Made by a program: the position numbers and the translations under genes. Shown here one piece after another: positions 48,801 through 60,300 of a stretch of DNA of 64,000 bases; position 1 is the stretch's first letter, and the number at the start of each line of letters is the position of its first letter. This stretch comes from Macrostomum lignano (taxonomy: Eukaryota), in NCBI GenBank assembly GCA_002269645.1, contig NIVC01003590.1:25281-89280 (forward strand), read 5' to 3'. The notes beneath the pieces were generated by a model. It saw only the letters and a program-made list of their open reading frames with translations, made no database searches and was not told where the DNA came from.

Positions 48801-49489
48801 GGGCTGATTGAGGTGTGGGACAGGGCTGATCGAGGTGTGAGACAGGGCTAATTTGAGGTGTGGGACAGGGCTGATTGAGGTGTGGGACAGGACTGGTTGA
48901 GGTGTGGGACAGGGCTGATCGAGGTGTGGGACAGGGCTGATCGAGGTGTGGGACAGGGCTGATTGAGGTATGGGACAGGACTGATTGAGGTGTGGGACAG
49001 GACTGATTGAGGTGTGGGACAGGACTGATTGAGGTGTGGGACAGGGCTGATCGAGGTGTGGGACAGGGCTGATCGAGGTATGGGACAGGACTGATTGAGG
49101 TGTGGGACAGGACTGATTGAGGTGTGGGACAGGACTGATTGAGGTGTGGGACAGGACTGATTGAGGTGTGGGACAGGACTGATTGAGGTGTGGGACAGGG
49201 CTGATCTGATGATGAGGTGGGACAGGACTGATTGAGGTGTGGGACAGGACTGATTGAGGTGTGGGACAGGACCAGGACTGATTGAGGTGTGGGACAGGAC
49301 TGATTGAGGTGTGGGACAGGACTGATTGAGGTGTGGGACAGGAGTTGCGCCAGCAGCTGCCTCACCAATGATGACGTCAAACCTGGCAGCCGTGGGTGCC
49401 GGTGGAGTCCCCAGCGGCCAGAGCAGGGGTCCCAGCAGAGCGCTGGCCAGAAGCAGCAGCCCAGAAAGCTGCAGAGCGCAGGGACTCAT
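42806..49489 (-). CDS. Divergent GMC oxidoreductase (glucose/choline dehydrogenase family), 8 exons (49489-49366, 48310-48081, 47717-47561, 46983-46861, 46780-46662, 46133-45836, 45277-44752, 42944-42806)
   Basis: Signal-like N-terminus, FDVII|[14 protein letters not shown] (GxGxxG), [66 protein letters not shown]. Confidence 0.85.
43680..44000 (+). mobile_element. Decayed 3' end of a non-LTR retrotransposon ORF2, antisense within the last GMC intron
   Basis: RQAAINTL...[10 protein letters not shown]...[32 protein letters not shown]...[13 protein letters not shown] resembles the CP.C..ET.EHFL.ECP.F...R...L.....L..FL..TGR tail of LINE ORF2 proteins. Confidence 0.5.
46185..49340. repeat. GMC intronic minisatellites: 13-bp (46185-46295), ~31-bp (46300-46660), 25-bp (47005-47545), 23-bp (47805-48060), 22-bp (48380-49340)
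   Basis: A different unit in each intron. Confidence 0.9.
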
Positions 49490-49794
49490 GGCAAATCCGA
49501 ATTTTTGCCCCAAACTTTCATGCACGATATTTGAGACTGAGAAGGCCAGCCCAAAATGTTTCAGGCAACGCCCATAAGCTGGCTGCTCACGTGAGGGGAA
49601 TCTTCGATTATTCGGTAGGCACATCTCCACCTTTTCTCCCTCTTCCTGGGGGGGGGGGCAGCAGAGCAGCTCAGCGACCTCTCTCGCCGAAGTACTCGGG
49701 TTCGACTCCGTACTTACTTGGGCTCAGTAATTTGGGGATCATGCGAGTCACACGAGGGCCGCGACCCCCAAAGGCACTGAGAGCGTTCATGCCT

Positions 49795-50025
49795 GACGAT
49801 GTGTTGGGGCCGCTGTTCACCCTGTGTGATCGCGTGCCTACTGTACGTATCTGTGCTCCTGGGGCCGCTGTTCACCCTGTGTGATCGCGCACCTACTGTA
49901 CGTATCTGTGCTCCTGGGCCGCTGTTCACCCTGTGTGATCGCGTGCCTACTGTACGTATCTGTGCTCCTGGGGCCGCTGTTCACCCTGTGTGATCGCGTA
50001 CCTACTGTACGCATCTGTGCTCCTG
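49795..50025. repeat. ~59-bp tandem repeat, ~4 copies
   Basis: GGGCCGCTGTTCACCCTGTGTGATCGCG..CCTACTGTACGTATCTGTGCTCCT units. Confidence 0.9.
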
Positions 50026-50307
50026 CTCAGGGGTCAGCAGAATGAGCACGACTGCTGGCCGCAGGTTGACTGTCGCCTGGAGTTGCAGCTCCACATGAGA
50101 GTCGCGTGAACTGCGCTTAAATTCTTTACACTGATTCAACTATCTGCTAAAAATTCTAAGAAAACTATTTTTAGCCAACCGGGCCCATACTACTTATAGT
50201 AGGCCCTGGAAGCAGTAAACATTTTCAGCAATAAAATACTCCGGCATTCGCAGGCTAACTTCCAGACCAGGTGCTTTTAAGTGTCCTTGATGCATCTTAG
50301 TAGCCAA

Positions 50308-50830
50308 CCTGTGTCTCTGTGACTCCTGCGTGTCCCTGCGTCTGTCCCTGTGTCTCCTGCGTGTCCCTGCGTCTGTCCCTGTGTCTCCTGCGTGTCCCTG
50401 CGTCTGTCCCTGTGTCTCCTGCGTGTCCCTGCGTCTGTCCCTGTGTCTCCTGCGTGTCTCTGCGTCTGTCCCTGTGTCTCCTGCGTGTCCCTGTGTCTCC
50501 TGCGTGTCTCTGCGTCTGTCCCTGTGTCTCCTGCGTGTCCCTGCGTCTGTCCCTGTGTCTCCTGCGTGTCCCTGCGTCTGTCCCTGTGTCTCCTGCGTGT
50601 CTCTGCGTCTGTCCCTGTGTCTCCCGCATATCCTGCGTCTCCTGCATATCCCTCTGTCTCCCGCATATCCCTGTGTCTCCTGCATATCCCTGTGTCTCCC
50701 GCATATCCCTGCGTCTCCCGCATATCCCTGCGTCTCCCGCATATCCCTGTGTCTCCTGCATATCCCTGTGCCTCCCGCATATCCTTGTGTCTCCTGCATA
50801 TCCCTGTGTCTCCTGCATATCCCTGTCTCC
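50308..50830. repeat. Pyrimidine-rich composite minisatellite (CCCTGCGTCTGTCCCTGTGTCTCCTGCGTGT, then GCATATCCCTG variants)
   Basis: Tandem copies. Confidence 0.9.
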
Positions 50831-51320
50831 TGTATCAAAAGAAAACAAAGAAAAAATCATGTTTTGAATAAAAGTATAGCATTATTATTAGTATACGAGC
50901 CGTAGCCGATATTATTATTTGAAAAGCCCAACGCTCAATCAGTGATGGCACGTTCTATTCCATAGGATGGTAGCGTTTTAATTTTCTCGGGCAAATTTTA
51001 ATCTGAGCGCTAATAAGAGGAATGGATTTAAATCGAGGGGCTTATTTGCTTGATTTTGTTTATAATAGTTGTCAGGAAAATTTAAGGAAAAGTTGGCCTT
51101 CACCCGGCAGAGTTTAGTCTCGCATTGTTTTAGTCAAAATTGTACCAGCTGCTCACCTGAAAGAAAACAAAAAGGTATAAGACGCTTATAAGAACATATG
51201 CGAAATTGCTCTTAAATCCTTGATCATTTCATCCCTCACTAATAATAAATATATAGCCTTATAACCTTACGTGAGTTATAGTTGAAGCGTCACTCATACT
51301 AAGTAGCTGGAGTTTCTGGC

Positions 51321-54300
51321 TTAATTCTTAGTTTCCGTGACGACCGGGCCAGTGCTGGTCTCCGTGACGACCGGGCCAGTGCTGGTCTCCGTGACGACCG
51401 GGTCAGTGCTGGTCTCCGTGACGACCGGGCCAGTGCTGGTCTCCGTGACGACCGGGTCAGTGCTGGTCTCCGTGACGACCGGGCCAGTGCTGGTCTCCGT
51501 GACGACCGGGCCAGTGCTGGTCTCCGTCCACGAAGTCGACCCATCTGGATGGACAGTCTTAACCGTTTCTGAAATGAGAGGTCAGCAAAACATTTTTGCA
51601 GCAAAAAAGGTTCATGCACGTACGAGCGTACTACATGTGGCAAAGTTTTCGCTCACTGGTTCTTCCTCCAGAGTGACTGGATGTTGTGCTCGAAGATCCG
51701 CCTGCGAAACCGGAGAAATAATTTAAACATAAGCATGTCTAAACATAAAACCGCAAAACTAAGCTTTCAGTCGTTGAATTTCGTGGAAACTCAAGATACT
51801 CACTTCCAACTTTCACCGTCTTCCAACCCGACCAACCAGCGCTGCTCTTCTTTATGCCCGCACGCCCAGCTTTGCTCACGACTCCACCATCTAAAGTATT
51901 TGCAATTAGATATTATAGTTGTAAGAACAACTTTACCAAAAATATGAAATCAAACAAAACTAAAACGCCTGAGCAATATACTCTTAACAGGCTACAGAAC
52001 ACTCACCGGTCGTCTCCGAGATGAGTGTCTTGTATTCCCAGTTGTAGAGCTGATTCTGCTGCTCGACGATGTCATTAAAAACGTTACTTGTCTTAATGAC
52101 CTTCGACTGGAGACGCGATGTGACGCGCGTCAAACCCGATCGCAAAAGCGACCTACTCCGTTTTACCAGCCTCTTAAACTTCGGATTCGAGAGCTTTAAC
52201 TTCTTCTTAAGAGCCAAAACTTTCATAGTCAGCCGCTGCTGCAGTGCCTTAATCTTCAAAAGAGGAATCTTTCTTCGAGTGCTGAGAACCCTTTTAGCTA
52301 CCCGTTCAACTTGCGTCTTCTTTAATGTTCGCCTGCCAACAATTCCACGCACTGCGGAGCGAACTCTCAATCTTGGTTGGACCTTCATAATACGCTTAAC
52401 AGTCCCTCGAATATGCAATCGCGTCTTAACTGAATTTTTCTTTAAACGCAAAATTCTACGAACGCGACTCAACGATTTCACACGTCTATTCAAGCCTCTT
52501 CTCCGTTTGTAAACACGACGAGACAGACGCGGCAAAACAACCCTATGACCTGCAATATTGACCACTCGTCGGCTTACGATACGTCGCTTACTCACTCGTC
52601 GGCGTCGGCGGCGGACTACTTTTCGGCGGACCACGCGCTTGCGGATCACTCGTCGGCAGATGCGCTTGATCACACGTTTTGTCACGCGTCGTCCCTTAAT
52701 GACTCGGCGTCGGATGATGCGCTTGATCACGCGTCGTATCTTGCGTCGGCCCTTAGTCACTCGTTTGCGGACGACTCGTCGGATGATGCGCTTGACCTTG
52801 CGGACGCTGCGTTTAATGCGTTTAACGATACGTCGCTTACTCACTCGTCGGCGTCGGCGGCGGACTACTTTTCGGCGGACCACGCGCTTGCGGATCACTC
52901 GTCGGCAGATGCGCTTGATCACACGTTTTGTCACGCGTCGTCCCTTAATGACTCGGCGTCGGATGATGCGCTTGATCACGCGTCGTATCTTGCGTCGGCC
53001 CTTAGTCACTCGTTTGCGGACGACTCGTCGGATGATGCGCTTGACCTTGCGGACGCTGCGTTTAATGCGTTTAACGATACGTCGCTTACTCACTCGTCGG
53101 CGTCGGCGGCGGACTACTTTTCGGCGGACCACGCGCTTGCGGATCACTCGTCGGCAGATGCGCTTGATCACACGTTTTGTCACGCGTCGTCCCTTAATGA
53201 CTCGGCGTCGGATGATGCGCTTGATCACGCGTCGTATCTTGCGTCGGCCCTTAGTCACTCGTTTGCGGACGACTCGTCGGATGATGCGCTTGACCTTGCG
53301 GACGCTGCGTTTAATGCGTTTAACGATACGTCGCTTACTCACTCGTCGGCGTCGGCGGCGGACTACTTTTCGGCGGACCACGCGCTTGCGGATCACTCGT
53401 CGGCAGATGCGCTTGATCACACGTTTTGTCACGCGTCGTCCCTTAATGACTCGGCGTCGGATGATGCGCTTGATCACGCGTCGTATCTTGCGTCGGCCCT
53501 TAGTCACTCGTTTGCGGACGACTCGTCGGATGATGCGCTTGACCTTGCGGACGCTGCGTTTAATGCGTTTAACGATACGTCGCTTACTCACTCGTCGGCG
53601 TCGGCGGCGGACTACTTTTCGGCGGACCACGCGCTTGCGGATCACTCGTCGGCAGATGCGCTTGATCACACGTTTTGTCACGCGTCGTCCCTTAATGACT
53701 CGGCGTCGGATGATGCGCTTGATCACGCGTCGTATCTTGCGTCGGCCCTTAGTCACTCGTTTGCGGACGACTCGTCGGATGATGCGCTTGACCTTGCGGA
53801 CGCTGCGTTTAATGCGTTTAACGATACGTCGCTTACTCACTCGTCGGCGTCGGCGGCGGACTACTTTTCGGCGGACCACGCGCTTGCGGATCACTCGTCG
53901 GCAGATGCGCTTGATCACACGTTTTGTCACGCGTCGTCCCTTAATGACTCGGCGTCGGATGATGCGCTTGATCACGCGTCGTATCTTGCGTCGGCCCTTA
54001 GTCACTCGTTTGCGGACGACTCGTCGGATGATGCGCTTGACCTTGCGGACGCTGCGTTTAATGCGTTTAACGATACGTCGCTTACTCACTCGTCGGCGTC
54101 GGCGGCGGACTACTTTTCGGCGGACCACGCGCTTGCGGATCACTCGTCGGCAGATGCGCTTGATCACACGTTTTGTCACGCGTCGTCCCTTAATGACTCG
54201 GCGTCGGATGATGCGCTTGATCACGCGTCGTATCTTGCGTCGGCCCTTAGTCACTCGTTTGCGGACGACTCGTCGGATGATGCGCTTGACCTTGCGGACG

Positions 54301-57300
54301 CTGCGTTTAATGCGTTTAACGATACGTCGCTTACTCACTCGTCGGCGTCGGCGGCGGACTACTTTTCGGCGGACCACGCGCTTGCGGATCACTCGTCGGC
54401 AGATGCGCTTGATCACACGTTTTGTCACGCGTCGTCCCTTAATGACTCGGCGTCGGATGATGCGCTTGATCACGCGTCGTATCTTGCGTCGGCCCTTAGT
54501 CACTCGTTTGCGGACGACTCGTCGGATGATGCGCTTGACCTTGCGGACGCTGCGTTTAATGCGTTTAACGATACGTCGCTTACTCACTCGTCGGCGTCGG
54601 CGGCGGACTACTTTTCGGCGGACCACGCGCTTGCGGATCACTCGTCGGCAGATGCGCTTGATCACACGTTTTGTCACGCGTCGTCCCTTAATGACTCGGC
54701 GTCGGATGATGCGCTTGATCACGCGTCGTATCTTGCGTCGGCCCTTAGTCACTCGTTTGCGGACGACTCGTCGGATGATGCGCTTGACCTTGCGGACGCT
54801 GCGTTTAATGCGTTTAACGATACGTCGCTTACTCACTCGTCGGCGTCGGCGGCGGACTACTTTTCGGCGGACCACGCGCTTGCGGATCACTCGTCGGCAG
54901 ATGCGCTTGATCACACGTTTTGTCACGCGTCGTCCCTTAATGACTCGGCGTCGGATGATGCGCTTGATCACGCGTCGTATCTTGCGTCGGCCCTTAGTCA
55001 CTCGTTTGCGGACGACTCGTCGGATGATGCGCTTGACCTTGCGGACGCTGCGTTTAATGCGTTTAACGATACGTCGCTTACTCACTCGTCGGCGTCGGCG
55101 GCGGACTACTTTTCGGCGGACCACGCGCTTGCGGATCACTCGTCGGCAGATGCGCTTGATCACACGTTTTGTCACGCGTCGTCCCTTAATGACTCGGCGT
55201 CGGATGATGCGCTTGATCACGCGTCGTATCTTGCGTCGGCCCTTAGTCACTCGTTTGCGGACGACTCGTCGGATGATGCGCTTGACCTTGCGGACGCTGC
55301 GTTTAATGCGTTTAACGATACGTCGCTTACTCACTCGTCGGCGTCGGCGGCGGACTACTTTTCGGCGGACCACGCGCTTGCGGATCACTCGTCGGCAGAT
55401 GCGCTTGATCACACGTTTTGTCACGCGTCGTCCCTTAATGACTCGGCGTCGGATGATGCGCTTGATCACGCGTCGTATCTTGCGTCGGCCCTTAGTCACT
55501 CGTTTGCGGACGACTCGTCGGATGATGCGCTTGACCTTGCGGACGCTGCGTTTAATGCGTTTAACGATACGTCGCTTACTCACTCGTCGGCGTCGGCGGC
55601 GGACTACTTTTCGGCGGACCACGCGCTTGCGGATCACTCGTCGGCAGATGCGCTTGATCACACGTTTTGTCACGCGTCGTCCCTTAATGACTCGGCGTCG
55701 GATGATGCGCTTGATCACGCGTCGTATCTTGCGTCGGCCCTTAGTCACTCGTTTGCGGACGACTCGTCGGATGATGCGCTTGACCTTGCGGACGCTGCGT
55801 TTAATGCGTTTAACGATACGTCGCTTACTCACTCGTCGGCGTCGGCGGCGGACTACTTTTCGGCGGACCACGCGCTTGCGGATCACTCGTCGGCAGATGC
55901 GCTTGATCACACGTTTTGTCACGCGTCGTCCCTTAATGACTCGGCGTCGGATGATGCGCTTGATCACGCGTCGTATCTTGCGTCGGCCCTTAGTCACTCG
56001 TTTGCGGACGACTCGTCGGATGATGCGCTTGACCTTGCGGACGCTGCGTTTAATGCGTTTAACGATACGTCGCTTACTCACTCGTCGGCGTCGGCGGCGG
56101 ACTACTTTTCGGCGGACCACGCGCTTGCGGATCACTCGTCGGCAGATGCGCTTGATCACACGTTTTGTCACGCGTCGTCCCTTAATGACTCGGCGTCGGA
56201 TGATGCGCTTGATCACGCGTCGTATCTTGCGTCGGCCCTTAGTCACTCGTTTGCGGACGACTCGTCGGATGATGCGCTTGACCTTGCGGACGCTGCGTTT
56301 AATGCGTTTAACGATACGTCGCTTACTCACTCGTCGGCGTCGGCGGCGGACTACTTTTCGGCGGACCACGCGCTTGCGGATCACTCGTCGGCAGATGCGC
56401 TTGATCACACGTTTTGTCACGCGTCGTCCCTTAATGACTCGGCGTCGGATGATGCGCTTGATCACGCGTCGTATCTTGCGTCGGCCCTTAGTCACTCGTT
56501 TGCGGACGACTCGTCGGATGATGCGCTTGACCTTGCGGACGCTGCGTTTAATGCGTTTAACGATACGTCGCTTACTCACTCGTCGGCGTCGGCGGCGGAC
56601 TACTTTTCGGCGGACCACGCGCTTGCGGATCACTCGTCGGCAGATGCGCTTGATCACACGTTTTGTCACGCGTCGTCCCTTAATGACTCGGCGTCGGATG
56701 ATGCGCTTGATCACGCGTCGTATCTTGCGTCGGCCCTTAGTCACTCGTTTGCGGACGACTCGTCGGATGATGCGCTTGACCTTGCGGACGCTGCGTTTAA
56801 TGCGTTTAACGATACGTCGCTTACTCACTCGTCGGCGTCGGCGGCGGACTACTTTTCGGCGGACCACGCGCTTGCGGATCACTCGTCGGCAGATGCGCTT
56901 GATCACACGTTTTGTCACGCGTCGTCCCTTAATGACTCGGCGTCGGATGATGCGCTTGATCACGCGTCGTATCTTGCGTCGGCCCTTAGTCACTCGTTTG
57001 CGGACGACTCGTCGGATGATGCGCTTGACCTTGCGGACGCTGCGTTTAATGCGTTTAACGATACGTCGCTTACTCACTCGTCGGCGTCGGCGGCGGACTA
57101 CTTTTCGGCGGACCACGCGCTTGCGGATCACTCGTCGGCAGATGCGCTTGATCACACGTTTTGTCACGCGTCGTCCCTTAATGACTCGGCGTCGGATGAT
57201 GCGCTTGATCACGCGTCGTATCTTGCGTCGGCCCTTAGTCACTCGTTTGCGGACGACTCGTCGGATGATGCGCTTGACCTTGCGGACGCTGCGTTTAATG

Positions 57301-60300
57301 CGTTTAACGATACGTCGCTTACTCACTCGTCGGCGTCGGCGGCGGACTACTTTTCGGCGGACCACGCGCTTGCGGATCACTCGTCGGCAGATGCGCTTGA
57401 TCACACGTTTTGTCACGCGTCGTCCCTTAATGACTCGGCGTCGGATGATGCGCTTGATCACGCGTCGTATCTTGCGTCGGCCCTTAGTCACTCGTTTGCG
57501 GACGACTCGTCGGATGATGCGCTTGACCTTGCGGACGCTGCGTTTAATGCGTTTAACGATACGTCGCTTACTCACTCGTCGGCGTCGGCGGCGGACTACT
57601 TTTCGGCGGACCACGCGCTTGCGGATCACTCGTCGGCAGATGCGCTTGATCACACGTTTTGTCACGCGTCGTCCCTTAATGACTCGGCGTCGGATGATGC
57701 GCTTGATCACGCGTCGTATCTTGCGTCGGCCCTTAGTCACTCGTTTGCGGACGACTCGTCGGATGATGCGCTTGACCTTGCGGACGCTGCGTTTAATGCG
57801 TTTAACGATACGTCGCTTACTCACTCGTCGGCGTCGGCGGCGGACTACTTTTCGGCGGACCACGCGCTTGCGGATCACTCGTCGGCAGATGCGCTTGATC
57901 ACACGTTTTGTCACGCGTCGTCCCTTAATGACTCGGCGTCGGATGATGCGCTTGATCACGCGTCGTATCTTGCGTCGGCCCTTAGTCACTCGTTTGCGGA
58001 CGACTCGTCGGATGATGCGCTTGACCTTGCGGACGCTGCGTTTAATGCGTTTAACGATACGTCGCTTACTCACTCGTCGGCGTCGGCGGCGGACTACTTT
58101 TCGGCGGACCACGCGCTTGCGGATCACTCGTCGGCAGATGCGCTTGATCACACGTTTTGTCACGCGTCGTCCCTTAATGACTCGGCGTCGGATGATGCGC
58201 TTGATCACGCGTCGTATCTTGCGTCGGCCCTTAGTCACTCGTTTGCGGACGACTCGTCGGATGATGCGCTTGACCTTGCGGACGCTGCGTTTAATGCGTT
58301 TAACGATACGTCGCTTACTCACTCGTCGGCGTCGGCGGCGGACTACTTTTCGGCGGACCACGCGCTTGCGGATCACTCGTCGGCAGATGCGCTTGATCAC
58401 ACGTTTTGTCACGCGTCGTCCCTTAATGACTCGGCGTCGGATGATGCGCTTGATCACGCGTCGTATCTTGCGTCGGCCCTTAGTCACTCGTTTGCGGACG
58501 ACTCGTCGGATGATGCGCTTGACCTTGCGGACGCTGCGTTTAATGCGTTTAACGATACGTCGCTTACTCACTCGTCGGCGTCGGCGGCGGACTACTTTTC
58601 GGCGGACCACGCGCTTGCGGATCACTCGTCGGCAGATGCGCTTGATCACACGTTTTGTCACGCGTCGTCCCTTAATGACTCGGCGTCGGATGATGCGCTT
58701 GATCACGCGTCGTATCTTGCGTCGGCCCTTAGTCACTCGTTTGCGGACGACTCGTCGGATGATGCGCTTGACCTTGCGGACGCTGCGTTTAATGCGTTTA
58801 ACGATACGTCGCTTACTCACTCGTCGGCGTCGGCGGCGGACTACTTTTCGGCGGACCACGCGCTTGCGGATCACTCGTCGGCAGATGCGCTTGATCACAC
58901 GTTTTGTCACGCGTCGTCCCTTAATGACTCGGCGTCGGATGATGCGCTTGATCACGCGTCGTATCTTGCGTCGGCCCTTAGTCACTCGTTTGCGGACGAC
59001 TCGTCGGATGATGCGCTTGACCTTGCGGACGCTGCGTTTAATGCGTTTAACGATACGTCGCTTACTCACTCGTCGGCGTCGGCGGCGGACTACTTTTCGG
59101 CGGACCACGCGCTTGCGGATCACTCGTCGGCAGATGCGCTTGATCACACGTTTTGTCACGCGTCGTCCCTTAATGACTCGGCGTCGGATGATGCGCTTGA
59201 TCACGCGTCGTATCTTGCGTCGGCCCTTAGTCACTCGTTTGCGGACGACTCGTCGGATGATGCGCTTGACCTTGCGGACGCTGCGTTTAATGCGTTTAAC
59301 GATACGTCGCTTACTCACTCGTCGGCGTCGGCGGCGGACTACTTTTCGGCGGACCACGCGCTTGCGGATCACTCGTCGGCAGATGCGCTTGATCACACGT
59401 TTTGTCACGCGTCGTCCCTTAATGACTCGGCGTCGGATGATGCGCTTGATCACGCGTCGTATCTGCGTCGGCCCTTAGTCACTCGTTTGCGGACGACTCG
59501 TCGGATGATGCGCTTGACCTTGCGGACGCTGCGTTTAATGCGTTTAACGATACGTCGCTTACTCACTCGTCGGCGTCGGCGGCGGACTACTTTTCGGCGG
59601 ACCACGCGCTTGCGGATCACTCGTCGGCAGATGCGCTTGATCACACGTTTTGTCACGCGTCGTCCCTTAATGACTCGGCGTCGGATGATGCGCTTGATCA
59701 CGCGTCGTATCTGCGTCGGCCCTTAGTCACTCGTTTGCGGACGACTCGTCGGATGATGCGCTTGACCTTGCGGACGCTGCGTTTAATGCGTTTAACGATA
59801 CGTCGCTTACTCACTCGTCGGCGTCGGCGGCGGACTACTTTTCGGCGGACCACGCGCTTGCGGATCACTCGTCGGCAGATGCGCTTGATCACACGTTTTG
59901 TCACGCGTCGTCCCTTAATGACTCGGCGTCGGATGATGCGCTTGATCACGCGTCGTATCTTGCGTCGGCCTTAGTCACTCGTTTGCGGACGACTCGTCGG
60001 ATGATGCGCTTGACCTTGCGGACGCTGCGTTTAATGCGTTTAACGATACGTCGCTTACTCACTCGTCGGCGTCGGCGGCGGACTACTTTTCGGCGGACCA
60101 CGCGCTTGCGGATCACTCGTCGGCAGATGCGCTTGATCACACGTTTTGTCACGCGTCGTCCCTTAATGACTCGGCGTCGGATGATGCGCTTGATCACGCG
60201 TCGTATCTTGCGTCGGCCCTTAGTCACTCGTTTGCGGACGACTCGTCGGATGATGCGCTTGACCTTGCGGACGCTGCGTTTAATGCGTTTAACGATACGT

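Noticed and set aside
46772-50905. Overlapping repetitive ORFs ([22 protein letters not shown] types)
   Set aside because: All map to intronic or intergenic minisatellites around the GMC gene
51984-52006. ORF-track C-terminus GECSVAC*
   Set aside because: Reads into an intron; GTGAGT at 52006 is a consensus donor with phase-matched downstream exons
52558-59478. 2,306-aa Arg/Thr/Met/Leu + strand ORF
   Set aside because: Confined to the array, non-ATG start and no unique flanking coding sequence; a by-product of the CGN-rich repeat
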